A stretch of DNA of 61,369 bases, filler included, from Choristocarpus tenellus KU-1152 (taxonomy: Eukaryota; Protista; Phaeophyceae): the NCBI GenBank assembly GCA_964200185.2. It is 10 parts of 10 records of this genome, joined end to end, with 100 filler letters (N's around TTAATTAATTAA, not from the genome) between each part and the next. Parts side by side here need not be neighbours in the genome. Positions count along the whole stretch, not along the records: positions 37,482 to 40,257 come from CAXNAD020024847.1; positions 40,358 to 45,321 come from CAXNAD020012353.1; positions 45,422 to 50,333 come from CAXNAD020012561.1; positions 50,434 to 55,274 come from CAXNAD020012837.1; 6 more parts are not named here. One strand, 5' to 3'. Below are positions 39,497 through 52,575 of this stretch, piece by piece. The translations under genes were made by a program, and so were the position numbers. A model generated the notes under the pieces. The model ran no database searches. It saw only the letters and a list, made by a program, of their open reading frames with translations, and was not told where the DNA came from. Numbering within the stretch: position 1 is the first letter of the stretch; each line of letters starts with the position of its first letter.

Positions 39497-40197
39497 TCAG
39501 CAAGGGCAGCATCGCAAAGACTCCACATATCGCACTTGGATGTTCCCTTCTTTGGTTGGGCGACTTAGTTTGCTTAATGGGATGTGAGATACTATCAACC
39601 TCTTTGCCGGGTGGCATTGTTTTCCATGAAAAACAGGAGAGTAGAGCTTGCTCCAAATTTGCAAGCAAGTCTTCTTTCGTGTACATCCTTAACATACGAT
39701 AAATCGTAGCAGGCTTCACCGAAAAAAATCAAAATACATACGCAATAATAGTGCAATTCAACAAGCACTAATAACAGAATAAACAAGCCAGCCAGTATTA
39801 CCACATTCACGTACCACTTTGAGAAGAGGGAGGGTGTTTTCTTTTTCTCTGCGCCTGCATCAATACTGGAGGAACAAAGGCACCACTTTCCCCATCGCTA
39901 TTCACCCTTCCTTGGGAACCTGCCCCACTGCCAACACCAGAGCCTGCTCTCAAACCAGGCCCTGCAGCAACCAAATGACTACGCGATCCTCTGTTCCCTC
40001 CCTGATGGCCTCCTACTCTCTCTCCAACTCCCCCACCCCCTACACCCAATCCTTCATCACTGCTCCAGTCATCCTCATCATCTTCAGCTTCTCTTGCAAA
40101 CTGTAATCCATTTTGTAAACTTTTTTGGGAGACCAAACCATCACCACGGTGACCTCCTCCTACACCTCTTGCCCCAACCCTACTCGACTGCTGCGCC
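39497..40197 (-). CDS. 3' exons of an unknown protein (40197-39815, 39591-39497), ending RCCPC*
   Basis: A Gly-rich/acidic exon with an AG acceptor and GTACGT donor joins in phase 1 to SHIPLSKLSRPTKEGNIQVRYVESLRCCPC-stop. Confidence 0.5.
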
Positions 40198-40426
40198 CTA
40201 AGATATGCCCCATGAAATGCACGGGGGGGTGGGGCAGCCAACCAGAGGAAGACAAGGNNNNNNNNNNNNNNNNNNNNNNNNNNNNNNNNNNNNNNNNNNN
40301 NTTAATTAATTAANNNNNNNNNNNNNNNNNNNNNNNNNNNNNNNNNNNNNNNNNNNNTTTTTTTTTTGTTGCGTCCGCACCACCCCCCCCCCCCCCCTCT
40401 CCCCACCCCCGCCCGGGGGGGGCGGT

Positions 40427-40473
<47 letters not shown>

Positions 40474-41115
40474 ACACATGGGTTTCAGGGGAGAGACTTG
40501 TGAAAGAGATGATTCACAGGCAGCTTGTCTGGCATCTGTGGAGAATAATTGAGGGTTGTTTATGAGCGTGTGTTTGACACTGAGGCTGTATACAAAACAA
40601 ATATTCAGGTTATGTAAAATATATAACAGTAGATGTATGTGCATGAAACATAAACATTTCCTGAAGATACACCATATCAATAGCGTGCATGGACAAGAAG
40701 AGGGTTAAATATGAGTATGTGCATGTTTGCTATTGCTGGTATAAAAAAATAACTATTTGGTATTACTTTCAGAGCAAATAACTGGGCATGTTCAAGATAG
40801 GTGCTACGTAGTATATAAATATCAATGCATTAGAAGGTACATATGAAAATGTAGATATTCACAGATGAAAACTAAACATAGAAATACATAGATAAAGGTG
40901 AGATAGATGTATAGATACACAAGATAGACACACACCGGGGGACATATACATATATATATATATACGCACTGTTTCATGTCCACCACCATTTTGTAGATGT
41001 TGAGAGGGGAGAAAAATAAGCAACACATACACTAACGGCGGAGGATACCAACAAACATAGCAACAGAGTCTGTGTAGGCTACAACAAAGGCCTTACAAAA
41101 CCACAGTGGCGTAGG

Positions 41116-41146
<31 letters not shown>

Positions 41147-42949
41147 TGGATGTTTCAAACTTCATGCTCAGAATAATAAGATGGGGAAAAGTAGGATACA
41201 TTCATTGAAGACAGATGGCGGCTACAAACAAGCAATCAACTCCAGTGTAATCCCACTCCATCACGAAAGGTGCATGTGTGTGTTGCGTGTGTATGTGAGT
41301 GTGTGTGAGTGTGAGTGTATGTATCTCCGGAATATATTAGCGGTGGAGGTGTCTAGGCGAATACATGATGTGTTTTGTGGTTTCTACTCTTCCTTTTCAA
41401 TTATTTTCTATTATTGTTCCTTTTTGAATTTTCTGGAGCAGTGTGTATTGCCTTCATTGGACTACTCTTTCGACAGCAGATAAGTCTGGGATCCCTCAGG
41501 CTAATGAGATGAAAATAATAAACAATAATAAATGACTATGCAATCAAGAGACCGTTGCTGATACTTCGTAAATTACTTCATTCTGTAAGAAACATGGCTC
41601 TGATTCTTAAATATTGCATCCTCCGATTCCTTTGTCAGCTGGAAAGAGTGGTAATGTCCTGTGTTTTTCACAACTATTTGGCAGTCCCCCTCTCTCAACA
41701 AAAAAAGAGTCGTATTTTAAACCCTGGAAGGCACTACCATCCTGAAAAAAATAAAATCATATGTTTACATGCGATTTTACAAGAGGTGTACTCCAAAATG
41801 CCTTATACTATACTATAAGAGCCCAAGAGTACACCAAGTATGTACATACCACCAACAGGTACATTGCCAACACGTTAACCTCATCAGTAACCCACCAATT
41901 TTCTAGGTGAAATTTTTCCTGAAATTGGACAAAAAATAATAATTAAGCACTAGCACATTACTTCCCTTTCAACAATACACATGCTGTGTCCAACCAATGA
42001 AACGTTATGGAGGATCAATTTTGACTGGCAGTTGCTGGTGATGGCGTGCTAAGTAGGGTTTCTCCTTATTTGGTGGTACAGCACAACTAAGAAAAATACC
42101 GTTGACAATATATGTGGAATTGCTGGTACCATTCACGGTACATGCATAGTGTCATACCGCTCTGCCGACTGACAATTTTCTTAGCCAGTACGAAGTGGGA
42201 AATTTCCAGGATCAGTGGGCAGCCTTGCCTACTTCTTTTTTTTTTCAAGGACCCCGTACAACAACAAAAAAAAAGTGGTCAAGTGTGACTATTGTACCAC
42301 TTGCACTGCCTGTCACAGAAGAAAATCATTGTGAATGCTTGGGATATAACTTATTCCGTCAACAAAACGACTCATGTCCCCGTGTTTTTGTCTGTAGAGA
42401 ATATTCATGGATTTGTTGGGATTGATTAAAGAGGTCCACACACACACCCAAAAAAAATGACCCTATCAAAATTGCTACCTCAAATACATAACCTGACAGA
42501 ACTCCACCACACACACAGTTCTTCCATAAGTCAGTGAGAGATTATTAAAATACACCCGAGGTATGAGGAGTGGTATGAGGAGAGTCCACTGCAAGTGAGC
42601 AAAACTCTCGCTGCAATGGACTAGAGTTTGTAGAGCCATGGAAGGTGTCATCATTGAGAGGTGGGGCAGCATAGTACGGTACTACCACAGAAGTAGGGCA
42701 CTCACTGTCTTCTTGGAAAAGATGACAATTGTGTGCAACTTACGACAATATGTAAATGGTAGGTACAAAATGACATGCAGACATGATTCTAAAAATACCC
42801 CTTCCATACATGGGAGGGATAATAAGATAAGAGACTAATAGGACAGACATCAATCATCCAGTTCCATGAATGTGGGCCCCAACATCAAAGTCCCAAGGAA
42901 AGGTCAAGTACTGTATACCATACCCCACACTCCTGTGAACCCATCTCAC

Positions 42950-44675
42950 CAGACAGGCAAGGTGTGGAGGTTCTTTCCTCCCAAGGTCAAGACTCTCCTT
43001 CAATCGAGCCTCCAACAGATTTTCTTGAGGTATCACCTCCACCGATGAAACCCCTGCTGCATCTCCTGCATCTCCCATCATCCATTGCAGCTCCTCCCTT
43101 CTTTCACCCTCCCCTTTAGTCTCTCCTACTCCTGCTCCAGAGAAGTCCCCAAACTCTTCCTCCTCATCTGACTGTGCACCTGGTGGCTGTATTGTGGCCT
43201 CACCTGCTGCTATAAAATCACCAAAGTCTTCCTCTTCCACATCACTGCAAGACATCCCTACACTGCCTCCGGGAAAAACTCTCATTTCTCCTGTCCTCCC
43301 TCCTTCCTCTCCTGCAAAATCTTTTCCTGGGTTTTCTGCACCATTGGGAACATAATTTATTTTAGCTTCTGCCGACGGGACTCCTCTTAGACTTGAGAAG
43401 GCAAGAGAAGGGTCAATGGAGGTGACAGGGAGGTTTGACGGGGGGGAGGAAGTCAAACTCGCCAGTACAGCCCCCCCCTGCTGTTGGTTCGAGCTTTCGG
43501 ACCATGGGGTGACTCCTCTCATGCGCGGAGGGGGAAGCAGGTTATTGTATGCCTGCTGAAAGGCTGAGAGTGAGGGAGGTTCGCCCACAACCTGGGTCAT
43601 GGCAATGAGTCGCATGGCAGCGAAGAAGTTCAACCGTGGAAGGAACCCTAGGTGACTAGGGTCGCAGAGGGTCCAGATCTGTCACAAGGTGGTGCCAAGA
43701 GTGCAGGTTAGTGTCAGATGTTTCGTAATTGCCAGCTTGGTCAATTTGCAAATGCCCAGGTTTTGAAAAGTGAGTCATGCTACACAGGTGCGACTCCTTA
43801 GGGGAAAAGCCGTATGAAGTTCAGTCAGTAGATAGAAACAGATTCCCCTCCAGTCCAGGACGGGGTTAGACACAAGTGTAAGGGAGTCACCTCAAACTGT
43901 TCAAGACGATTTCGAGGCAGGACGATGGTCGTTAGGATGAGAGATCTAGTAATGCTCTGAAGTATGCTTTTAACAACATAAGATTAGAGTGGTTCCTCGT
44001 AGCATACTCAAACATCTCTACTCGGCAACAATAGCGGATAGCTAGCTCGGATGGACCTATTCTCACCGCCTTTAATGCATCCTTCGGTAGATCTGACCTC
44101 TGGAAGAATTCAACAGCTTTGCGGCCAGAGACCGTGCTGTTTGTGCCGCCATTCTTAGTGGCAAAAGCAAGTATCGCCTCATAGACAGGGAGCTGTTCCG
44201 AGGGCGGCATCCACTGGGCACCACCACTAGCAGGCAACCCAGCCCAAGGATCCTTGGATTGCTTCTGGCGCATATCTTGATTCGAATGAAATTCGTCAGC
44301 AGGCATCAGGATCTGAGAGGCGGGCTCGTACGAGTTGGCACGTAGATGAGAAGGATGCGCTTGTTCTTTAGCACCGCGACCATGGGCTTGGACTAGATCT
44401 GAGGCTTGACCTTGACCAGCATATCCGCCTGTTTCTATTCCAGTTCCAAAAACACTGGTCAGTACAGTATTTCCATTGAAGTGGTCCATCGCATACACCC
44501 CCTTGTTGCTCTCCATCCCATGGCTATTCCACTGTTGCGTACCCATTCCCTGTTGCGCAAAGGCATGCCGGCCAGTAGAAGAACGGGTAATCTGACCACT
44601 ATAGGATGACTGGGGTGCTCCTTGATGCCATGCGTTCTTCCTTTTCCCTGGAAGGCCATCTACAGGGCCGTCCAT
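42950..44675 (-). CDS. EH-domain protein with FGDF motifs (synergin-gamma-like), 5' exons 44675-44067 and 43678-42950
   Basis: Spliced EH domain VSGRKAVEFFQRSDLPKDALKA|IWTLCDPSHLGFLPRLNFFAAMRLIA, followed by acidic EEEDFGDF and EEEFGDF motifs. Confidence 0.75.
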
Positions 44676-46479
44676 AGTAAGGGAAGACCAAAATGTTGGA
44701 AGTATGGAGATGTATCATATAAAGTAGGGAAAAGGGAGTGCTTCCGTCCGATTATTCTCTCTTCAACAATCGAATATCCACCAATTAATAGAAAACCTTT
44801 TTATCGGTCGGTGGCATTTGACATACACCTCTATTTTACTTGTTTCTTGATTCTTGTTTTACATATCCTGATTATGATCACAACTACAATTACAGCTGAT
44901 CTAAGTAGAACTGTATTCACCTAAACACTCCAACGCATTACACACAAAGTAGTGCTACTTCTTTTTTATTATATGATCGTCATCAGACCAACACCAGTTA
45001 TTGGATATGTTCTAGGATCTTCAGAACACCTCATTTTGATTTTCACAATAATTTGACATCTATCAAACAGATATTTTGAAACCATACTCTGACCAGAATC
45101 CAACATTCAAGTCCAAAATCATCCAAACATCCTGCTTCTGTTAGAGGCGATTAGTGTAGGTATTGCTTCTCACGGTTTAACCACTGCGAGCAGTAAATAT
45201 GTGGGTGGACAACACAAACAGAAATGTTCGATATCGCTATAGCTGTAGTGTAAGATCTGCAGCTTAAGAATAAATACTTGGGTCAAAGTATCTGGGGGGG
45301 GTGTCGGCGTCCGTTTTTCACNNNNNNNNNNNNNNNNNNNNNNNNNNNNNNNNNNNNNNNNNNNNTTAATTAATTAANNNNNNNNNNNNNNNNNNNNNNN
45401 NNNNNNNNNNNNNNNNNNNNNCCCCGCCCCAGATACTTTGTGTCTCACACAGCTCGAAGCCGTTCATGATATACAAGTTATCATGCACAGTGGTATCAAA
45501 GTTGGGGTTCTGAAGGACTTTGCATCAGGCTTGATCATAGGGAAGCGCAAGGTGTGAACGAACGTGGGCAAGGTGCCGAATGCGCGAAAGGGGAAGAAGA
45601 CAAAGACCGAGTTGGTAGCCTTCAAGTGAAGTTGCCAAATATACCCGCATAAAGAAGTTGAGGCTGAATACGGCTGAGGAAGATGAAGATATATCGAGCT
45701 GAGGGAGGAGGAGCCCATTGCTCCCCCTGAGACTGAGGTTGATATCCCCTGAGTGTTAAGAGATTGAAGAGGATGTAGAAGAGAACGGCGAAGAACAGGA
45801 GGAGGATGTGAGCGTATAGGTGAGTGGAGACAGGCCAGCCTGTGTAGAGAGAAGTATTGAGCATTTTGTGAGATCAAAACACGTAGATGCTTTAACGTCT
45901 CAGGGATCCCAACATCTAAGAACAACAAGGCCTGGAAGGTCAGTCCTGCACAGTGACATGCTGGGTTAGAAATGTTATTCACTAATAGCGTCTGCCATGA
46001 GCAGAATACGCAACAATTTTCTGTCTTCTCTTTGCTAATGTTGCCTTGTACGCGAAATACTAAAAAAAAATCACCAGTTAAAGGCGGATTTATCGAGTTC
46101 TGTTTCAAGCCCAATAGCATGACCTATATAATGTACCCACACAAATATCTCAACATACGCCCTCTTTGAGTATATGATTCCTCATGTAAGACCGTGAAGT
46201 ACAGCTTCTTTTTCTATAGCGATTTGTAATTTTCACTCCATCATAACATTATCAGAACATCTGTAGTACCCTTCATACTACGTGCTTGGTACCTATCGAA
46301 ATTGGAATCTTCCAATCGTACTACCTTGCCCTCACCTTTTACCTCGTACAGGTATTACCAGATTTGACCCAGGATCGCAAGATTTATGTGTATATGCTCT
46401 CCCATATGTTACATAATGCAATATACTTAACCAAATGCTTCAACATTGATGTAAAAACAGCTGATCGACTGAGACTGGC

Positions 46480-46661
46480 GACTCAAAGGATCTGGGGGGG
46501 GGGTGGCGTCTGTCCATTTGGCGCCCATTTTTCCATGTCGCAATTGTTGGGTGATTTGGTTGCATGTGTCGGATGGATAATGTAAGTGCACCTTTCCTGG
46601 CAAGGGCCCAAATGGGCACCCTGGTGCATACCGCCCCCCCCCCACGCAGATACTTTGAGCC
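46480..46661 (-). mobile_element. Family B MITE
   Basis: TIRs gactcaaaggatctgggg / cagatactttgagcc, with flanks TGGC/TGAC (3 of 4 bases match). Confidence 0.85.
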
Positions 46662-47538
46662 TGACATGCTAGGTTGGCAACCCATGTTGACGTATTACTC
46701 AGGCAAGCAGAAGTCACCGTAGCATGAATGTGGACGGCGAGTGGATGGAACAAAATCTTGGTTGTGTAACGAGGGTCTGTCTGTGTAGTACAAGTTAAAT
46801 TTTTACTCGGAGTGCTCGATTAGCACTATTTGCATAAAGCTGAACTGCGTGAAAATTGATATATGGAGAAATATTTGTATGTCAATACTTGCTGCAATTT
46901 TCCTTGTAATTTCCTCGCCCCTGGTGTGGAGAGTAGGGTTATCCTGAGGCTACTTGGGTGTTGGTTGGTAAGCTTTTAGTTAGTAGAGGTAGCTTGTGAT
47001 AACCACCATCATGTTCGAAAAGGGAAACGCTGTGAGTGGTATATTTAGTAAAGTTGCCATGTTTTTTGCGGGGTTAGGTCGTTTCACACATAGTAGTATT
47101 TGTTCGAATAGACTCCTCCAACTACAACAGATATCACTAGCAGTATACATGCAGAGTCAGGATACAAGAATTGTTAGTTGGTTAAAACCCATATTTGTTC
47201 TTGTATACGAACGGATAGATAGGAATTGATTCCATTAAGCATGGTGTAATTAGGTTGTATGATCGACCCCTCTCCTTGGGAATAATCTCTCTACAGCATT
47301 TGGTAATCCTCCTGTATCTCTTCTATCCCATACATGAGATGGGGGATACTCTAACAATATTTATGTAGATAAAATATTGATTGATCGATTGACTTATCGA
47401 TATGGCCACATTCAAACTGTAGTTTGATGCATGATGTACTGTTGACCATGAAACATTTGGTAAGTGTTATCATACAGGAAAAGCTTAATGCAATATACTT
47501 GGACCTGTTTTTCTGCGGTCAGAAGGGCAGTACGAAAA

Positions 47539-47584
47539 GGGTCAAAAACGGACGCCGGCATCCCCCCCCCAGATACTTTGACCC
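47539..47584 (+). mobile_element. 46-bp internally deleted family B-type element
   Basis: AAAA|gggtcaaaaacggacgccggcatccccccccccagatactttgaccc|AAAA. Confidence 0.75.
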
Positions 47585-48478
47585 AAAATAAAGCAGGAAA
47601 AATCCCCGACAAAAAGAATAGACACAGAAAGCAACAGCACACAGAAAAAACGGAAAGAAATGTAATCAACAAGACATTTACTCGGGAGTATTTCGGAGTA
47701 ATGATTGTATCAATATATCGTCTAGTAAATATAAAAAGAGAATGGAATTTTACAAATGTATCGCACTTAGTCGAATTAGGGGTATGTTATATATCCACTC
47801 ACAACTGCATATGAGAAAAATCAGATCAACTACCTTATCCTTCTACACCAAGTTTTTAATTTCTCCTCCCTGAAAATATTATATATAACCTCTGTGCTCC
47901 AAATCGTAAGGCAATTTGGTGCTAAGGAAGAAAGATGAATAAAAATCGAACATCTAGCTTTGATTCTTCTGTGCCTTTCGATTCTATGTTCTCGGGATAC
48001 AAAAACTGAAGCATTCAGATGAGGCCTGAGCCCTGCAAGAAATTAGAAGATACCCTCAATAAAATTTGCTCGGTGTTTGTCACTATAGGCAGTTTTAATT
48101 TGTTGCTATATCACTACCACTTGTCTAATCCACGCGTTCTACCTAACAACAATAAGCCTAAAAGAAAGTCTTACCTAGTGCATAAGCACATTGTAAATAT
48201 TGTCGTCAAAAAAGTGGTGTCCAATCTGTGCCGTAAAATCTCAGTAACAAAGGCTTTTGGTCCTGTTCTGGTTCAAGGTTGACAAGACAGACTCTCGTGG
48301 AGTGTCTTGGCATGGACGAGAATATGCAACGATATATATTTTCAACCCTATATAGTAAGGAGGAAATGGCTCAAATTGCACTGCAAATAAAGCGATGGAA
48401 TTTGCATTTCCGTAGAGCACAACAGCAAAAAAAGGGGAAAATGTATATCGAATTAAGCACCTAATCCGCAATACCTGT

Positions 48479-48737
48479 GAGCCAAAGTATCTTAGAGGGT
48501 AGAGTCGCGTCTATTTAGGGGACAAAATCCAATGTTGCAATTTTGATGTAATTTTGGCTATCCTGTTTGTTAGGAAGTTTCAATATCCTTGTTACGGACG
48601 CACCTTTTCATGACGTACACATTTTACCTACTCCGAAACATTTTGGAGTAGGAAAATGTCATACAATACTCCATGGGAAGCCAAACCCCAAATGGACAAA
48701 CAGGGCAAAACTCGTACCCTCTAAGATACTTTCACTC
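48479..48737 (+). mobile_element. Family A MITE
   Basis: Clean TIRs gagccaaagtatcttagagggta / taccctctaagatactttcactc. No TSD match. Confidence 0.9.
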
Positions 48738-50433
48738 GAAAGGAACAGGTGAGAGACATATATCCAGGTCTCCACATACATCAACAATACCTACCAATAT
48801 CTTCCCTTTTCGTGAAGGTTTCAACAGTTGAGATGTGACTTGTTGCCTTCATCCCTCCCTCAAGCACTTCCAGTTTGTCATATATTCTTACATCCTCTGC
48901 CTACTTCCCACACAAATTTCAACACGCTTGGTGTGTGACAATGTTCTCGAGAAGATTGATGGCAAGATTGAGTTGCAGGAATCAGATAACCATGAAGTCG
49001 GCGGACTATTAACAACAACAACAAACAAGTACATCTTGGATCACTTAGTTGGCCTTGATCCTCGACATCTTGCACATCTCCTCCAAGCATTCCTTTCACT
49101 AACTGGACTTGGGATAAGCGCCCGAACTTTGAATGCTCTGCTGGCCACGCACTCCAAAAAAACGGCAATCAATGCAATTGTTGTAATTCGGTGATCTTAC
49201 TATAGCAAGTGAGCCATTTCAACCATTTATGGCTCACATTGTGCCTGACATACTTCCACCCTTCCAGTCAGTCCTAGCTTTCTTCCTATTTCTACCAGGT
49301 TTTCAGCAAGACCCTCTTCTGTCGTTCTACCTGAATGCTTGATGCCCACAGAGAGAAAAAGAAAGCATGAGATAACCTCGAAAAGATCATCGATGCAGGG
49401 CATGGTCACAGCAGACACCGAATCGGCAAAGGAGTAGGAAGTGTGACTTATTGACCCATCCAACCATATATAGTGATTGACATATCCTCATCAGCAAGCA
49501 TCTCAATGGTAGAGTAAAGCCTTCTTGAAAACTATGTCCCTTTTCGACTTTGTACCCCTGAGCCCACATTTCCATCCCGATGCATATATCTTCTGCTGGT
49601 TGTGGTGTGTGTGACAAATGAGACCCTCCGGGTAGAGGGCACATTCATGGATTTCACTCCTTCGTGATGCGTTTGGAACTTCGGTGGTTGATTTATGTCC
49701 TTGACATCTTTCTTGGTCCCTCCTTGACATATTCTAGAGAAGAACGCAGAAGTAACGGAATAATTGATCCAAAGATTTGCAGTTTCAATTAACCTCCAAT
49801 TAGTCGAATCGAATAAACTACATAGGCTACTCATCTGTTTGTTCCTTGATACGATACAGTTCCACCAGTCAACGCGGACTGTTGATTGATCTGTTACGTT
49901 CTGGACGTTACTTTCACTAGNNNNNNNNNNATCACCACATCAACTACAATCACACCTTAGTACAGAACAGTCGCTCTGCGTTCCACACAAATAGTATAGT
50001 TTAGTATACGTCACTTTAGTTGCTTCACATATTGGTTCAATATTGTTCTGTTGTTCTGTTTGTTTTTTCTTTCACTCTTTCTTCTTATCAGCAGAAGATG
50101 ACAGTTGTACATTGATGGTTGATTATCATTTCTTTCGTGACTGCCATTGATCTCTCAAACTGCATCAACGCCACTCTGCAAACTGTGTATCAAACACATA
50201 CACATGATATAATATAAACAGAGTTAAAACCATCCGCGGAAGCCCTTGCCAGTCAAGGTAACAAGCCTCTCCACAGAGCATGGACTTCTTTCGTTGAGTA
50301 TTAGATGAAAGAACACTGAATTCCCATCACATCNNNNNNNNNNNNNNNNNNNNNNNNNNNNNNNNNNNNNNNNNNNNTTAATTAATTAANNNNNNNNNNN
50401 NNNNNNNNNNNNNNNNNNNNNNNNNNNNNNNNN

Positions 50434-50483
50434 CCAAATGGGCAAACAGGGCAAAACTTGTACCCTCTAAGATACTTTCACTC
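50434..50483 (+). mobile_element. Family A MITE right end at contig start
   Basis: ccaaatgggcaaacagggcaaaacttgtaccctctaagatactttcactc. Confidence 0.9.
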
Positions 50484-51373
50484 AGGGGTATTTCCAAAGT
50501 TGATAGCCACGTGCAGGTGTCAGGCACTCTTCTCTCGATACTTCACTTAGTGCTTAGCTCAAAGCTGGACATAATGCTTTAATCGAGAAATAAAAGAGTG
50601 AATCAAGACGTACTTTGGTGGCAGTCAAAGTATTCTTTATTTGCATCATGCACCCAGATTGTACAGACTACAAATTGAAAGACATCTGCCAGCCATTGTA
50701 TACGTACTCAAATTACAAACCTTTCCTGCAACATCGAAGAAATCAGCATTTTTCGGTAAGATCACCTGATTGCTACAAATCTCGTATATTACTCACGCTT
50801 GCTAGAACACGAGAAGAAATACTCACGCTATTCAACTGTAACAGAAAGAGCCACAGGCGAATCGGTGGCACTTCTCTCCAATCCCAGACAGTCTGGAGGT
50901 TGTGTGGAGCATCAAACACTTCAGAAGAAAAGAGTCCGAGGAGGTGTAGGCTAGCTCCCTAAGCTTCGTAAGTGCCTCCACCACTTCTACATGGCCAACA
51001 TCTGTTGTGATGGCCAATCGGAAATGGTTGGTTGGGGCGCATCCCATCGGGGCCTGGAGTGGAGTTGTTCACCCTCATGATGGAAGTCTGCAGGGGGAGG
51101 TGGGGGTGTACTCCTCCTCAGGGGAGCAGTACCGTTGTTCCCCAGACCTTGTATCCCTTTGTTCCCTATCCCTTGCTTCCGTTATGGCTGAGATACTGGC
51201 CGTTGGGTCCCAGTGATACCTCCTGCCGCTGACTCTCCTTTCTCCTCATCCTGGTTGGGAAGGGTGATGATCTGCTCTCCATATAAGACTTTCGTTGCCT
51301 TCCTCCATCTCCTTTCTCAGCCTCATGTGTACCTATTCTGCTCTCCGTAAGAACCTCATCCTGTGAAAGCTGT

Positions 51374-51614
51374 CCGCCCATTCTATTGAGAGGCAGGCAG
51401 AATTATATTTTAGGGATCCCGAGAAAATACGGCATTTTGTACAACTGCAGAAGAGTTTTTGCTTGATGGTGTCACCTTCTGTATGAAAAGGAGGAGTATC
51501 AATTTTGCGTACACTATTGTGTACTTTGACCAATGAAATAGTGTTGCACAGGGTAAGAAATGGCTTAGAATGCAAAAGGGTACAAATGTGCCCACCTCTC
51601 CGTTGGGTTGGCTC
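51374..51614 (+). mobile_element. Family C MITE, decayed left end
   Basis: Interior matches 12590-12840. Right end is cctctccgttgggttggctc. Confidence 0.7.
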
Positions 51615-52575
51615 ACTGTGGTGAGTGTCGAGTACACATTAGGAGACACATAGAACAAACCAAAATCTATAGCTTTTGGGTTGATCAGGAACAACCTTGG
51701 AGGCAACAAGTTGATCAGCCTAGGTTAGGGCTAGAGGATAGTCTGAGGCATGCAGGAATGACTCATGGTCCTGCTTGAGCTGTTATGAAGACGCCCAAGA
51801 GGGGAGTGCAGCATTTCTGCAAGGTTCTTGACTCCTCTCTATACCTTTGGTATGCCAATTATACCGAAGTCACAACATGCCCTCCCTCTCTCCCTCCGTC
51901 CCCCGAACTCCACACACGATTTCAGATCAACAAGATTTACTTCTTACCTTGGAAGTGCTACAGAGTGACATGTACAGGTAAGACCCAGAACATATTAGAA
52001 GTGCTGCATACTGCCATAGCCTTCAATAGAGTGCTCCAGATAGCTACGTGCAGCTACAGAATATAAACAGGCACTCTCAGACCTTCCAACCATAGAAGAG
52101 TTTGTCTTTCCCCTGTCAGACCTAGAAATCACAGATGAAAATCATGTTGCAGTAAGGCGTGTAGGGGAAGGACCCTATCTCCCAAGCAAATCGACACAAG
52201 AGGATGCGCATCTAAGGAAAGGCAGGAAGGAGGATAACATGTAGGAGAATAACCCAGAAATACACAAAAACTTGGAATTGCTCCAAGTCCTCCTTCGAAG
52301 CACTACTAGGCAAACCACTCCAATCACCCTATCTCCTCATGCACACGTTTAGCATTGCGAAAAAATAATTATGTTGTCTTTAGAATACCCCCCAATCACC
52401 ACTACGTACACACCACAACAAGTACCACCTTAGAAATCGGTTTTGGAATTTTATCTGTTGGGGCAAATAGTCTGAGAACGAAACAGCTGCAGTTGTCAGC
52501 ACAAAAGAGACTGGTAGTCGCAATAGAGGTCAACACCTGATACACACACACACACACACACAGAAAAGGCCGCCC

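Noticed and set aside
40358-40471. Poly-proline ORF / G-quadruplex tract
   Set aside because: It is at a contig edge with long G/C homopolymers, so the sequence is unreliable.
50940-51047. Ankyrin-like GHVEVVEALTKL on the minus strand
   Set aside because: A single partial repeat with no exon structure.
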